From contig CAKOOJ010000001.1 of the NCBI GenBank assembly GCA_934098385.1, forward strand, positions 210,685 to 274,684: DNA of 64,000 bases, given 5' to 3'. The position numbers and the translations under genes are program-made. Under the pieces are notes generated by a model that did no database searches, was not told the origin of the DNA, and saw nothing but the letters and a program-made list of their open reading frames with translations. The stretch comes from an uncultured Bacilli bacterium. Lineage in GTDB: Bacteria; Bacillota_I; Bacilli_A; RF39; UBA660. Shown here piece after piece: positions 29,792 through 39,526 of this stretch; within the stretch, counting starts at the first letter, position 1; each line of letters starts with the position of its first letter.

Positions 29792-29872
29792 CTTTATTTT
29801 TTGCTCCTATTTATACCCCCCCGAACAAATTTTCGAGGTCGGAGGAGAAATATAAAGTCTTACGGAATCTTT
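29792..29872. terminator. large nested hairpin between murC and the downstream gene (outer stem AAGACTTTAT/ATAAAGTCTT, inner CTCCT/AGGAG, central C7…G-rich core); a likely murC terminator
   Basis: Inverted repeats read directly. A T-run follows on the minus strand. The GC core is unusual for this genome. Confidence 0.45.
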
Positions 29873-29948
29873 TTTATAAATAGAAAATTAAATAATCAAC
29901 TTATTTCTATCCTAATAAAACTATATCATTTTTTATATTTAATATCAA

Positions 29949-31319
29949 CTATTTTGTTAACAAATCACTTAATTTTGTTATATATCCTGCACCTAACGTA
30001 AGTATTAAATCATTATCGCCTACATTTTTACTTAAATAATCTTTTATATCATTATAGTCACTTATGTGTATTGCTTTTTTACCAAGTTTTTCTAATTCAT
30101 TAATTATCATTTCTGGACTAACATTATACACATTCTTTTCTCTTGCCGCATATATATCTGTAATAATAATATGATCAAAATTTACTAAAGAAGCAGCAAA
30201 ATCTTTATAATGATTTTTTACTCTTGAAAAAGTATGAGGCTCAAAAATAACCCACGATTTATTATAATTTTTATTTATAACCGCATCACTGACTGCTTTC
30301 ACTTCTGTAGGATGATGTCCATAATCATCGTACACTTTTGCATTCTTAAAAATTCCCTTATATTCAAATCTTCTAGCAGCACCAGTATAATTTTTTAAAC
30401 CATCTTTAATATTTTCTATAGATAATCCATAATATAAACATAAAGATATACATGCTAATGAATTTAATACATTATGACTTCCTATCACACTAAGTTCTAT
30501 TTTATCTATTAATTTATCTTCATGATATAAATCATAAGTTGGGAAACCATCTTTGTTATAAATAATATTTTTTGCATAACAATTATTATGATTACTCAAA
30601 CCATATGTTATTATTTTAGCATTTGTATATAAAGCTAAATCCAAACAATTTTTATCATCACCATTTATCACTAATAAACCATCACTAGGTAACATACTTA
30701 CATATTTTTCAAAAGATTTTTTTATATTATCAAAAGTCTTAAAATAATCTAAATGATCATTATCAATATTAAGTACAACGGCACTCTTTTGTTTAAAATT
30801 TAAAAAACTATCACAATATTCACAAGCTTCAATTATAAAATAATCACTTTTCCCTACTCTATAATTTCCATTAATACTTTTTAAAACAGAACCTACTTGA
30901 ATTGTAGGATCCAAGTTAGAACTCAAAAAACATTCACTTACCATACTAGTTGTTGTTGTTTTACCATGAGTACCACTTATACCTATTGTATCCTTAAATA
31001 ACTTTGTTAATTCACCTAAAAATAAACCTCTTTCCATAGTTTCTATTTTAAGTTCGTGTGCATGAATTAATTCCGGATTATCCTCTTTTATAGCAGCAGT
31101 ATAAACTACTAAATCTATATCATTTGTAATATTATCATAATCATGTCCTATAAATACATTAATTCCAGCATTTTGTAATTCATCAGTCATTTTATTTTCT
31201 TCATTGTTACTACCACTAACTAAAAAATTCCACGACTTAAGTATATGTGCAATACCACTCATACTTATTCCACCAATACCTATCATATAAACTTTTTTTA
31301 TTTTCTTTAAATCAAACAT
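29949..31319 (-). CDS. murC: UDP-N-acetylmuramate–L-alanine ligase
   Basis: MIGIGGISMSGIA is the Mur ligase N-terminal motif. ISGTHGKTTTTSM is the ATP-binding P-loop. Size and domain order fit. Confidence 0.9.
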   Translation of the reverse strand: MFDLKKIKKVYMIGIGGISMSGIAHILKSWNFLVSGSNNEENKMTDELQNAGINVFIGHDYDNITNDIDLVVYTAAIKEDNPELIHAHELKIETMERGLFLGELTKLFKDTIGISGTHGKTTTTSMVSECFLSSNLDPTIQVGSVLKSINGNYRVGKSDYFIIEACEYCDSFLNFKQKSAVVLNIDNDHLDYFKTFDNIKKSFEKYVSMLPSDGLLVINGDDKNCLDLALYTNAKIITYGLSNHNNCYAKNIIYNKDGFPTYDLYHEDKLIDKIELSVIGSHNVLNSLACISLCLYYGLSIENIKDGLKNYTGAARRFEYKGIFKNAKVYDDYGHHPTEVKAVSDAVINKNYNKSWVIFEPHTFSRVKNHYKDFAASLVNFDHIIITDIYAAREKNVYNVSPEMIINELEKLGKKAIHISDYNDIKDYLSKNVGDNDLILTLGAGYITKLSDLLTK

Positions 31320-31479
31320 ATTATTACCTCTTTTTCTATTAAATTATATCATATTTTTGTATATTTATTGATAAAATAAATTAATTTAAATAAATTTGAC
31401 AAAATAGTGTATTTTATATTTACAAATTATTAAAAATGTGTGATATTTTTATTAGAGAGGGTTTAAAAAGGTTAAAATA

Positions 31480-33612
31480 ATGGAAGAAGAAGTTTTACAA
31501 ATAATAAAAAAAAATAACATAGGATATAAAGAATTATTAAAAAAAACAAATATAGATGAAAAAGAATTAGATAATTTAATTAATAAGTTAATTAATAAAA
31601 GATTAATATTTTTAAATGATAAAGAAAAATATAATTTATTAACAAGCGAATATGTAGTAGCTAGATTAAAAAAATGTTCTAAAGGTTTTTGTTACGTAAT
31701 GTCTAATGAAGAAAAAATAATTATTGAATTAGACGATTTACATACTGCATTAAATGAAGATTTAGTTGTCGTACAAAGAAAGTTAAATAATAAAGGAACC
31801 ATTGTAGGTATATTAGAAAGAAAAAATAACAAACTAGTATGTGAAGTAAAAGAATTTCATAATAGATTAATTTTAGTTCCATTTAATGGTAATAAAGAAA
31901 TAACAATTAATGCTGATAAAAATATATTCAATGACTTAATTGTCGGTGATAGAATTTGTATAAAATTAGATAATAAAGCAGATGAATTAAATAATATAAA
32001 TATTAATAAATTTGTTAAAATTGGAAATAGTTATGATGATATGTGTGATGAGATCTCTATAGCAATTAGTAAAGGATTTAGTATAAATTTTAGTAAAGAA
32101 GCTGAAGAAGAAGCACAAAAAATATCAAAAACTGTTAATGAAAAAGACAAAATAAATAGACGTGATCTAACAAATGAACACATTTTTACAATTGACGGAG
32201 TAACAACTAAAGATATGGATGATGCCATAAGTATTAAAAAATTAAATAATGGCAACTATTTACTAGGTGTTCACATAGCTGATGTTCCCTATTATATATC
32301 AGAAACAAATTATTTATATAATGAAGTATTAGAACGCGGTACTAGTGTCTATATAGGACCGGTTGTAATTCCTATGTTACCTTCAATTCTTTCTAATGGA
32401 ATTTGTTCCTTAAACCCAAATGTACCTAGACTAACAAAAAGTGTTAATATCGAATATAATCCTAAAAAAAGAAAAATAGTAAATTATGAAATATACAATA
32501 GTGTTATTAATTCTAAAAAAAGAATGACTTATGAAGATTTAAATTCATACTTCAAAAGTGGAGAACTAGATAAAGAATATTTATTTTTAAAAGATGATAT
32601 TGATTTATTAAGAGAATTTTCTAATGTAGTTACTAAAAATAGAAAAAGACATGGCGCACTAGAATTTGATAGTAATGATTATAAAATAAAGACAGATTTA
32701 TATGATGAAGAAAACATTTTTGGCTTTGAAAAAAGAAATATTGGGGAAGCAGAAAAAATAATTGAAAATTGTATGATACTTGCTAATGAAGCAATCGCTA
32801 CTGAATTCACTTATAGAGATTTACCATTTATTTATAGAGTTCATAATTCTCCAGATAATCTAAGATTAGATTCAACAATAGGAGTTATCGAAAAATTAAG
32901 TTACAAATTGGTTAAAATTCAAAATGCATATGGACAAAAAGCAATTCAAAACATTTTAGATGATTATAAAGGAACACCAGAATATGCTATTATTTCAAAT
33001 TTAATTTTAAGAAGTATGTCAAAAGCAAAATACTCCACTTCAAATTGTGGACACTATGGATTAGCATTAGACAACTATTGTCATTTCACTTCTCCAATTA
33101 GAAGACTTCCTGATTTTATAGTTCATACATTAATAAACGTATTTATTAATAATGATTACTCAAAGAATAATCATGTAGAATATGTTATAAATCATCTTAA
33201 TGAAATTTCTGAACATGCTAGTTATAAAGAAAGACAAGCAGACGATGCTGAAAAAGACAATTTAAAATTAAAAATGGCAAAATATATGGAAAAACACATG
33301 GATGAAGAATTTGAAGGCATATTATTAGACGTAGATAAAGATAACGTATATGTTAAACTAAATAATAATGTAAAAGGCGTTATAGATTACACTACTGATT
33401 TTGCAAGAGCCTTTTCTGTTGACTCTCATAATAAAGTTTTATATTGTAACCATTCAAAACATAAAATCAATCTAGGAACAAAACTATTATTAAAAGTATC
33501 TAGAGTTGACGTTCCTCAAAAAGAAGTTTACTTTGATGTTAAAGAAATAATAAAAAATCAATCTATTAATAATGTTAAGAAAAAAGAATTAGTCAAAAAA
33601 GAAGAAAACTAA
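31480..33612 (+). CDS. rnr: ribonuclease R
   Basis: The RNB catalytic region contains DDAIS…HIADV. N-terminal CSD/OB domains and a C-terminal S1 domain with a K-rich tail are present. Confidence 0.9.
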   Translation: MEEEVLQIIKKNNIGYKELLKKTNIDEKELDNLINKLINKRLIFLNDKEKYNLLTSEYVVARLKKCSKGFCYVMSNEEKIIIELDDLHTALNEDLVVVQRKLNNKGTIVGILERKNNKLVCEVKEFHNRLILVPFNGNKEITINADKNIFNDLIVGDRICIKLDNKADELNNININKFVKIGNSYDDMCDEISIAISKGFSINFSKEAEEEAQKISKTVNEKDKINRRDLTNEHIFTIDGVTTKDMDDAISIKKLNNGNYLLGVHIADVPYYISETNYLYNEVLERGTSVYIGPVVIPMLPSILSNGICSLNPNVPRLTKSVNIEYNPKKRKIVNYEIYNSVINSKKRMTYEDLNSYFKSGELDKEYLFLKDDIDLLREFSNVVTKNRKRHGALEFDSNDYKIKTDLYDEENIFGFEKRNIGEAEKIIENCMILANEAIATEFTYRDLPFIYRVHNSPDNLRLDSTIGVIEKLSYKLVKIQNAYGQKAIQNILDDYKGTPEYAIISNLILRSMSKAKYSTSNCGHYGLALDNYCHFTSPIRRLPDFIVHTLINVFINNDYSKNNHVEYVINHLNEISEHASYKERQADDAEKDNLKLKMAKYMEKHMDEEFEGILLDVDKDNVYVKLNNNVKGVIDYTTDFARAFSVDSHNKVLYCNHSKHKINLGTKLLLKVSRVDVPQKEVYFDVKEIIKNQSINNVKKKELVKKEEN

Positions 33613-33715
33613 AATAGTTTAATAAATTACAAACTATAAAGTTTTCTTTTTTTCAATCAGTCATTAAGTTTAACACAACTTTTCATTAAAACAAAAGCAT
33701 CCATTATTTGAAGGG

Positions 33716-34067
33716 TCATTTGTAAAGTTTTTTTTCTTTTAAAATTATAGCAAGCATATAAACTTCTTGTTCAGTAAATACTCTTGAATTACTTCTAGAT
33801 TTAGAACTAACACTTGCGGTCAAATATTTTGACAGCAAATCTTTACATTCATAATCAGTTAATTTAAAACTATATCTTTCAGGAAATTTATCTATATTAT
33901 TTTTTACTGCTTGATTAACTTATTTAGTTATATTGACTTATATTTAAATTTATTTCAGGATTAGATTTATAAACCTGTTTTTTTCTTTTATTATATGATA
34001 CAATTTGTGCTAAATCTTGTAATGTATAAATTGGCTCACTTCTAAATATTGCATAATTTAAATTCAT
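33716..34067 (-). pseudogene. frameshifted ORF6N-domain (phage antirepressor-like) gene
   Basis: Two frames together give an ORF6N-like N-terminus. They are MNLNYAIFRSEPIYTLQDLAQI… and …VNQAVKNNIDKFPERYSFKLTDYECKD…RVFTEQEVYMLAIILK*. Compare the family pattern …LNQAVKRNIERFPEDFMFQLT…FTEQGVxMLSSVL. Confidence 0.45.
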
Positions 34068-34130
34068 ATATCATCCTCGCTTTCTATTTTTACATTCAAA
34101 AAAATCCCTATGATATTTCATAGAGATTTG

Positions 34131-34172
34131 ACGACTTATGGCTTCAAAAGTTTCATAAGTACCAATCAATAT
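34131..34172 (-). repeat. leader repeat copy R1 (~42 nt), in the 5' leader of the ORF6N pseudogene and the 3' flank of Abi
   Basis: 36 of 42 positions match R2. On the minus strand it forms a hairpin CTTATG-aaacttttgaagc-CATAAG flanked by TTGATTGGTAC…TCGT. Confidence 0.55.
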
Positions 34173-34192
34173 TAGTATATAACTTTTATAAG

Positions 34193-35059
34193 TTAATTAT
34201 TCTTATAAAAACCCATTATATTCAAAATATTATCTATTTTAATTGATTTAAGTTTACTATTTAATTGTTTTATTTCAACATTAATTAGCTTAACAAAATC
34301 TTTTTTCTTGCCTTTTGGTAATAAACTTTCCATACATTTCATTATCATATAAATATTAGCTGATTTTTCATTATAGTTTTTTTGAATATATTTAAAGGAT
34401 ATTCTAAATTTACTATGAAATGAAAATAATCTATCATTATGAGCACATATATTTCTAATCATTGTCATATTTATGATTATTTGTTTTAATACTTTATCTG
34501 ATAATTTAAAGTTTTTACTTATACTTTGTCTATCTGGTTGTTTTAACATAGCATATAATCTACTTAATTCTCCTAATGTTAGAATTTTAGTTAATACAAA
34601 TGGTGGAACAAACCCATACTTATCAATATAATGTGTAACAGCTTCATGTTTTCCGTTTTGCTTATTTATTTCTTCTTCTATAACATTAATTGATTCAATA
34701 ATAGTTGTTTCATTAACAGTATCATCAAAATTTTCTCTAATCAAATAATTTTTTATACCATATCTTGAAGATAATGTTTCTGCTAATAAAGATTTTAAAA
34801 TTATTTCAATTTCTAATGAATATTTTAAAAATATACTTCTTAAATTCTTATCAAACTCAAATAAAGCATATATTTCATCAAAAGATACATTTTTTTTATA
34901 TTCACTATTTGTATTCTTAAAAACATCTTTATAAGTATTTATAATTGAATAATAAGAATAAGTTTTAATTTTGTTTAAAGCATCTTCTTTATTATTAACA
35001 GTTACACCTTTTGATATTATATAATCTAATAATTCATTAGAATTCTTATATTCTTTCAT
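34193..35059 (-). CDS. Abi_2-family abortive-infection protein (AbiD/AbiD1/AbiF-like)
   Basis: …LTLGELSRLYAMLK…MIRNICAHNDRLFS… is the characteristic Abi_2 C-terminal motif. The RBS AGGAAGTGAG precedes the start. The locus also carries its own promoter and a leader hairpin. Confidence 0.8.
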   Translation of the reverse strand: MKEYKNSNELLDYIISKGVTVNNKEDALNKIKTYSYYSIINTYKDVFKNTNSEYKKNVSFDEIYALFEFDKNLRSIFLKYSLEIEIILKSLLAETLSSRYGIKNYLIRENFDDTVNETTIIESINVIEEEINKQNGKHEAVTHYIDKYGFVPPFVLTKILTLGELSRLYAMLKQPDRQSISKNFKLSDKVLKQIIINMTMIRNICAHNDRLFSFHSKFRISFKYIQKNYNEKSANIYMIMKCMESLLPKGKKKDFVKLINVEIKQLNSKLKSIKIDNILNIMGFYKNN

Positions 35060-35085
35060 AACTCACTTCCTCGTATAATAAAAAA

Positions 35086-35158
35086 ACGACTCAGGGCTTC
35101 GAAAGTTTCCTGAGTACCAATCGATATAAATCATATCATAAATTATGATCATCGTCAA
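35086..35158 (-). promoter_or_regulatory. Abi promoter (TTGACG, 17 nt, TATGAT) plus a ~63-nt leader containing repeat copy R2 (35086..35127), which folds as a hairpin CTCAGG-aaactttcgaagc-CCTGAG followed by U7 (an intrinsic-terminator-like attenuator)
   Basis: Read directly from the sequence. The stem differs from R1 by compensatory substitutions at 4 positions. Confidence 0.5.
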
Positions 35159-35399
35159 TAGTTTAAACAAAACTTTCTAAATTTCATAAATGGATATGTA
35201 TAGAGCATATCTAAAATGCTAATTAAAAATATTAAATATTTATTTAATCCTTTTTATATATTATCACTAATAAGAGAACGCTTTTAAATCAATTTAAAAT
35301 TGATAATTTTATATTAGTTTTATTAATACTTTCAAAAGAAATTAAATCCAATATTTTTTGTCGTGTCATTTGGTTGCTGATATTTCACTATCAAGCATA

Positions 35400-35462
35400 A
35401 CTTGTACTCCTCTTATTTCATAAATCATATTTTATATCTTTTCCTGTTTAACTAATTCATTC
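35400..35462 (-). pseudogene. second, severely truncated ORF6N-like remnant (20 codons: MIYEIRGVQVMLDSEISATK*)
   Basis: IRGxxVMLDS is the hallmark ORF6N N-terminus. No continuation in any frame. It lies in a 620-bp ORF-free stretch. Confidence 0.3.
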
Positions 35463-35746
35463 ATATCATTTTTCTCCTTTTCTAAAATAAAAAAGAGATA
35501 TATTCTATAAAATATACCTCGCATACATGCATACAATCTTCGTTGCTTAAAGATTATATACTCTAGTCGTTCAAATTGTATATTAATATGCGGCAACTTT
35601 ATTAATACATCTAAATTCTACCAAATATTTCACTAACTAACAAGTTGTAATTTAAACTTTTTTTAATTAATTTTTTTTATTTTCTAATTAAATTATCATT
35701 TTCAAGTTTATTTATACAAAAACGAACTAAAATATAATTTATAATA

Positions 35747-36163
35747 TTACTTATATACTACTACTTTTGGAAAACAAGTAACATTATATTTATTACATCT
35801 TTTACAGTCTTTACCTATCAAATCTTCATTACTAAAAACAAAATCATTTTTCAGATAAAATTCATTTTCTCTAGAAATTGCATATATTGGTTTTACTAGT
35901 TCATCTATAGCTTTTTGTATTAATAATTTTCCATATCCTTTATTTCTATATTTTTTATCTACTGCCAATGCTTCAATAAAACTTTTACATTTATATATTG
36001 AAATTGATATTGCCCCAATAATTTTTTCATCTTCAATCAAAGCAAATGTTCTTACATTAGTTCCAAAATATTTTTTACTTTCATCAAACTCAAGTCCATT
36101 TATTATATAAAAATTAATTATTTTTTCATTGCCATATTTATCAATTTTCATTATAACCTCCAA
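35747..36163 (-). CDS. GNAT-family N-acetyltransferase
   Basis: Acetyl-CoA binding motif A: AVDKKYRNKGYGKLLIQKAI. Confidence 0.7.
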   Translation of the reverse strand: MEVIMKIDKYGNEKIINFYIINGLEFDESKKYFGTNVRTFALIEDEKIIGAISISIYKCKSFIEALAVDKKYRNKGYGKLLIQKAIDELVKPIYAISRENEFYLKNDFVFSNEDLIGKDCKRCNKYNVTCFPKVVVYK

Positions 36164-36302
36164 TTCAGAAATTTGTCATTTGATATTTCACAAAAAACTA
36201 GAACAACAAATTATATTCATAAACATATTTTCATAAAACGATTCCATAAATTTATTTTTTTTAATAAGTGATAAACAAATAATTTTATTTCAATGCGTAT
36301 CT

Positions 36303-37511
36303 TTATTTAAGTTTTAAAACACACACACTTTCAAAATGATAAGTATTACTAAACATATCTAGTAAATATATTTTATTTACTGAATATTTTTCTTTTAATA
36401 AATTAATATCTCTTCCTAAAGTAATAGGATTACAAGAAACATATATTATAGTATCAGAATTTACATTCATGACATCTTTTACCATATTCTTATAAAGTCC
36501 ACTTCTTGGAGGATCTATAATTAAAGTATCTATATTATCTTTTATATTACTTATTAATTTACTACTATCTCCACACATATAATAAGTATTATTAATTTTA
36601 TTTATTTTAGCATTATTAATTGCATCAATTACACTATTTCTATTTAATTCAATTCCATATATTTTATCAAATTCATAATTTATAACTTGTCCTAAAAAAC
36701 CTACTCCACAATATAAATCTAACAAAATCTTTCCACTACAATTACCATTAATAATATTTATCATTTCTTTAGTAATATAATTATTTATTTGAAAGAAAGA
36801 ATTATAGTTGACTTTAAATAATTTATTATTAATCATTTCATAAAAAAAATTTTCACCATAATACGTTTTATCATTAATAACTATACCAACTAATTTTATA
36901 TTATTTTTTAAACTTTCTATATCAATACTAACTTTATCATCAGTTTTAATAACTAATAAAATTTCATCATTATAATTACATCTTATTGTTATGCTACCAT
37001 TATTTACATTAATACACTTTTTATTTTCAATAACTTTATTAATAGAATCTTTTGCTAACAAACATTTATCTATTTCTACAAAATTATGTGTACTACTATT
37101 ATAATAACCCCATCTATTATCTTGTATTTTCAACTCAATTTTATTTCTATAACCTATTACATCTTTATTTTTAATAACATCAATATCTATATTCAAACCA
37201 CTAAATTTTTTTAATATATTCATTAATTTATCTTTTTTATATTCTATTTGATTATCATAATTCATATGTAATATATTACAACCACCACAATATTTATAGT
37301 ATGGACAGCTTACATTTACTCTATCTCTAGATTTTTTTATATATTTAATTACTTCACCTTCATAATATTTATTAGTTTCTTTAATAATATTTACATCAAC
37401 TACTTCATCTATCATCGCATCACTAATAAATATTATTTTATTATCAACATAACCTATTCCACGACCAAAATCATCCAATTTTTCAACTTTAACATTATTT
37501 TTTATATTCAT
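36303..37511 (-). CDS. rlmD: 23S rRNA (uracil-C5)-methyltransferase, RumA/RlmD family
   Basis: N-terminal TRAM domain, [4Fe-4S] cysteines (CPYYKYCGGC), SAM fold (LDLYCGVGFLG), and a catalytic DPPRSG…C region. Confidence 0.85.
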   Translation of the reverse strand: MNIKNNVKVEKLDDFGRGIGYVDNKIIFISDAMIDEVVDVNIIKETNKYYEGEVIKYIKKSRDRVNVSCPYYKYCGGCNILHMNYDNQIEYKKDKLMNILKKFSGLNIDIDVIKNKDVIGYRNKIELKIQDNRWGYYNSSTHNFVEIDKCLLAKDSINKVIENKKCINVNNGSITIRCNYNDEILLVIKTDDKVSIDIESLKNNIKLVGIVINDKTYYGENFFYEMINNKLFKVNYNSFFQINNYITKEMINIINGNCSGKILLDLYCGVGFLGQVINYEFDKIYGIELNRNSVIDAINNAKINKINNTYYMCGDSSKLISNIKDNIDTLIIDPPRSGLYKNMVKDVMNVNSDTIIYVSCNPITLGRDINLLKEKYSVNKIYLLDMFSNTYHFESVCVLKLK

Positions 37512-38229
37512 ATAACTTTTTCACTTCTTTTATAGATAATTGTCTATATTCTCCACTCTTAAGTCCATCTAAATTCAAAAATGCATACTCTATTCTAGTT
37601 AATTTATCTACTAAATAATTAAGTTCCATAAATACTCTTTTTATAATATGATTACGCCCTTCAACAATACTTATTTCAATAATACTATAATCTTTTTCTT
37701 TATCATTTTTTTTAATTTTAACACGTGTTGGAATACATTTAACACCATCGACTTTTATACCATGTTCTAATTTTTTTAAATCACTTATTTCAAAATATTT
37801 ATTTAATTTAGCGATATATTTCTTTTCTACTTTATTATTTGGATGCATTAATGTATTTGCAAGTTCTCCATCATTTGTTAAAAGTATTATACCTGTAGTA
37901 TCATAATCTAATCTTCCAATAGGATATATACGTTTTTTTGTATCAATTAAATCTACTACAGTTTTTCTACCCTTATCATCACTAACACTAGAAATAATTC
38001 CTCTAGGTTTATTAAGTAAATATACTACTTTATCTTCTTCTAAACTAAGTACTTTACCTTCAACTTCTATAGCATCCGTTTTATTTACTTTAGTTCCTAA
38101 TTCAGTAATCTTTTCTCCATTAACATATACTTTACCTTTACTTATTAATTCTTCTGCTTTTCTTCTAGAACAATAACCACTATTAGCAATAACTTTTTGT
38201 AATCTTTCCATAAAGTTCACTTCTTTCAT
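37495..38229 (-). CDS. rluB: rRNA pseudouridine synthase with an S4 domain, RluB/RsuA family
   Basis: The S4 domain reads MERLQKVIANSGYCSRRKAEELI. The catalytic GRLDYDTTGIILLTNDG motif is present. Confidence 0.85.
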   Translation of the reverse strand: MKEVNFMERLQKVIANSGYCSRRKAEELISKGKVYVNGEKITELGTKVNKTDAIEVEGKVLSLEEDKVVYLLNKPRGIISSVSDDKGRKTVVDLIDTKKRIYPIGRLDYDTTGIILLTNDGELANTLMHPNNKVEKKYIAKLNKYFEISDLKKLEHGIKVDGVKCIPTRVKIKKNDKEKDYSIIEISIVEGRNHIIKRVFMELNYLVDKLTRIEYAFLNLDGLKSGEYRQLSIKEVKKLYEYKK

Positions 38230-38272
38230 AGATGTATTTTATCATATATTAACAAAAATAAAAAGTAGATTA

Positions 38273-38797
38273 TCATCTACCAAAGAATAAATAAACTAGT
38301 AAAAAACTCATAAGTATTCCAACTAAGTCAGCAAATAAACCAACTGGAAGTGCATATCTAGTTTTCTTTACTCCAATACTACCAAAATAAAGTGCTAAAA
38401 CATAAAAAGTGGTATCTGTTGAACCTTGTATAGTACTAGCAAGTTTTCCCATAATAGAATCTGGTCCATATTTACCTAATATATTATTTAATATTGCTAA
38501 ACTAGCATTACCACTTATTGGTCTAAATAATGACATACTTATTATATCAGTACTCAAATTATATTTAGATAACATAGGGTTTAAAAATGAACTAATATAA
38601 TCTATAAAACCACTTTTAATTAAAAGATTTACAGCAAATATCATCGCAAGTATATTAGGAAATATTTCTACACAAGTTTTAAGTCCTTCTAATACTCCCT
38701 TCATAAAAGAATCATATATATTAATATGTTTCTTATATCCATAAAGAACTATACTTAAAACTATTAAAGGAAGTGCTATTATACTAAACGTTGCCAT
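38273..38797 (-). CDS. spmB: spore maturation protein B
   Basis: Multi-TM nucleoside-recognition-type membrane protein located immediately after spmA and downstream of dacB. Confidence 0.75.
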   Translation of the reverse strand: MATFSIIALPLIVLSIVLYGYKKHINIYDSFMKGVLEGLKTCVEIFPNILAMIFAVNLLIKSGFIDYISSFLNPMLSKYNLSTDIISMSLFRPISGNASLAILNNILGKYGPDSIMGKLASTIQGSTDTTFYVLALYFGSIGVKKTRYALPVGLFADLVGILMSFLLVYLFFGR

Positions 38798-39368
38798 TTT
38801 TTCTCCTTATAAAATAATCTAATATTAATCCAGATATACAAGATGAAAATGTTGCTATTATACAAGTTGGTATTACTTCTGTAGGAGTAGCACTTCCATG
38901 CATAACACGTAAAGATATTATAGTAGTTGGTATTATTGTAACACCACCAGTATTAAGTACTAAAAATGTTATCATAGCTGTAGTTGCTCTATCTTTTTTA
39001 TCATTTAATTTTTGTAACTCTTTCATTGCTTTTAAACCACATGGTGTTGCAGCAGAACCTAAACCAGCCATATTAATAGCAACATTACTAGCTATCAAAC
39101 CCAACGCTTCATTATCTTTTGGTATTGTAGGAAATAATCGTTTAAGAATAAAACTTAATTTATGTGCAATTTTTTTTAATAATCCGCTATCTTCTGCAAT
39201 ACGCATTAATCCCATCCATAAAGCAAGCATAGGAAGCATCTCTAACATCAATTCTAAAGCACTTTTTCCACTATTTATTATTTCTGTATTTATTAAATCA
39301 ATCTTACCGTTTATAAAACCAAAAACAATACCAATTATTATAAAACTACCCCATAAGACATTTACCAT
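38784..39368 (-). CDS. spmA: spore maturation protein A
   Basis: Paired with spmB in the conserved dacB–spmA–spmB arrangement. Membrane protein. Confidence 0.75.
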   Translation of the reverse strand: MVNVLWGSFIIIGIVFGFINGKIDLINTEIINSGKSALELMLEMLPMLALWMGLMRIAEDSGLLKKIAHKLSFILKRLFPTIPKDNEALGLIASNVAINMAGLGSAATPCGLKAMKELQKLNDKKDRATTAMITFLVLNTGGVTIIPTTIISLRVMHGSATPTEVIPTCIIATFSSCISGLILDYFIRRKNGNV

Positions 39369-39526
39369 TAAATCATCCTATCTAAAAACATTCTATATTA
39401 ATATATATTTCAAATAATAATTATTTAGAAATGTTATAAAGAAAAAATATGAAAATAATTATCTTCATATTTATAATAATAGTCTTAATATTTCTTATAA
39501 AAAACAAGTTATAATCTATTTACTAA

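Noticed and set aside
34131-35127. Reading the R1/R2 repeats as attL/attR of an excised or integrated element carrying the Abi gene
   Set aside because: There is no recombinase. The repeats are not at the outer edges of the islet, and ORF6N remnants lie outside them on both sides. Each repeat sits at a fixed distance upstream of an RBS with compensatory stem changes. This fits a leader or regulatory RNA better than an att site. I kept it as an open alternative in the finding.
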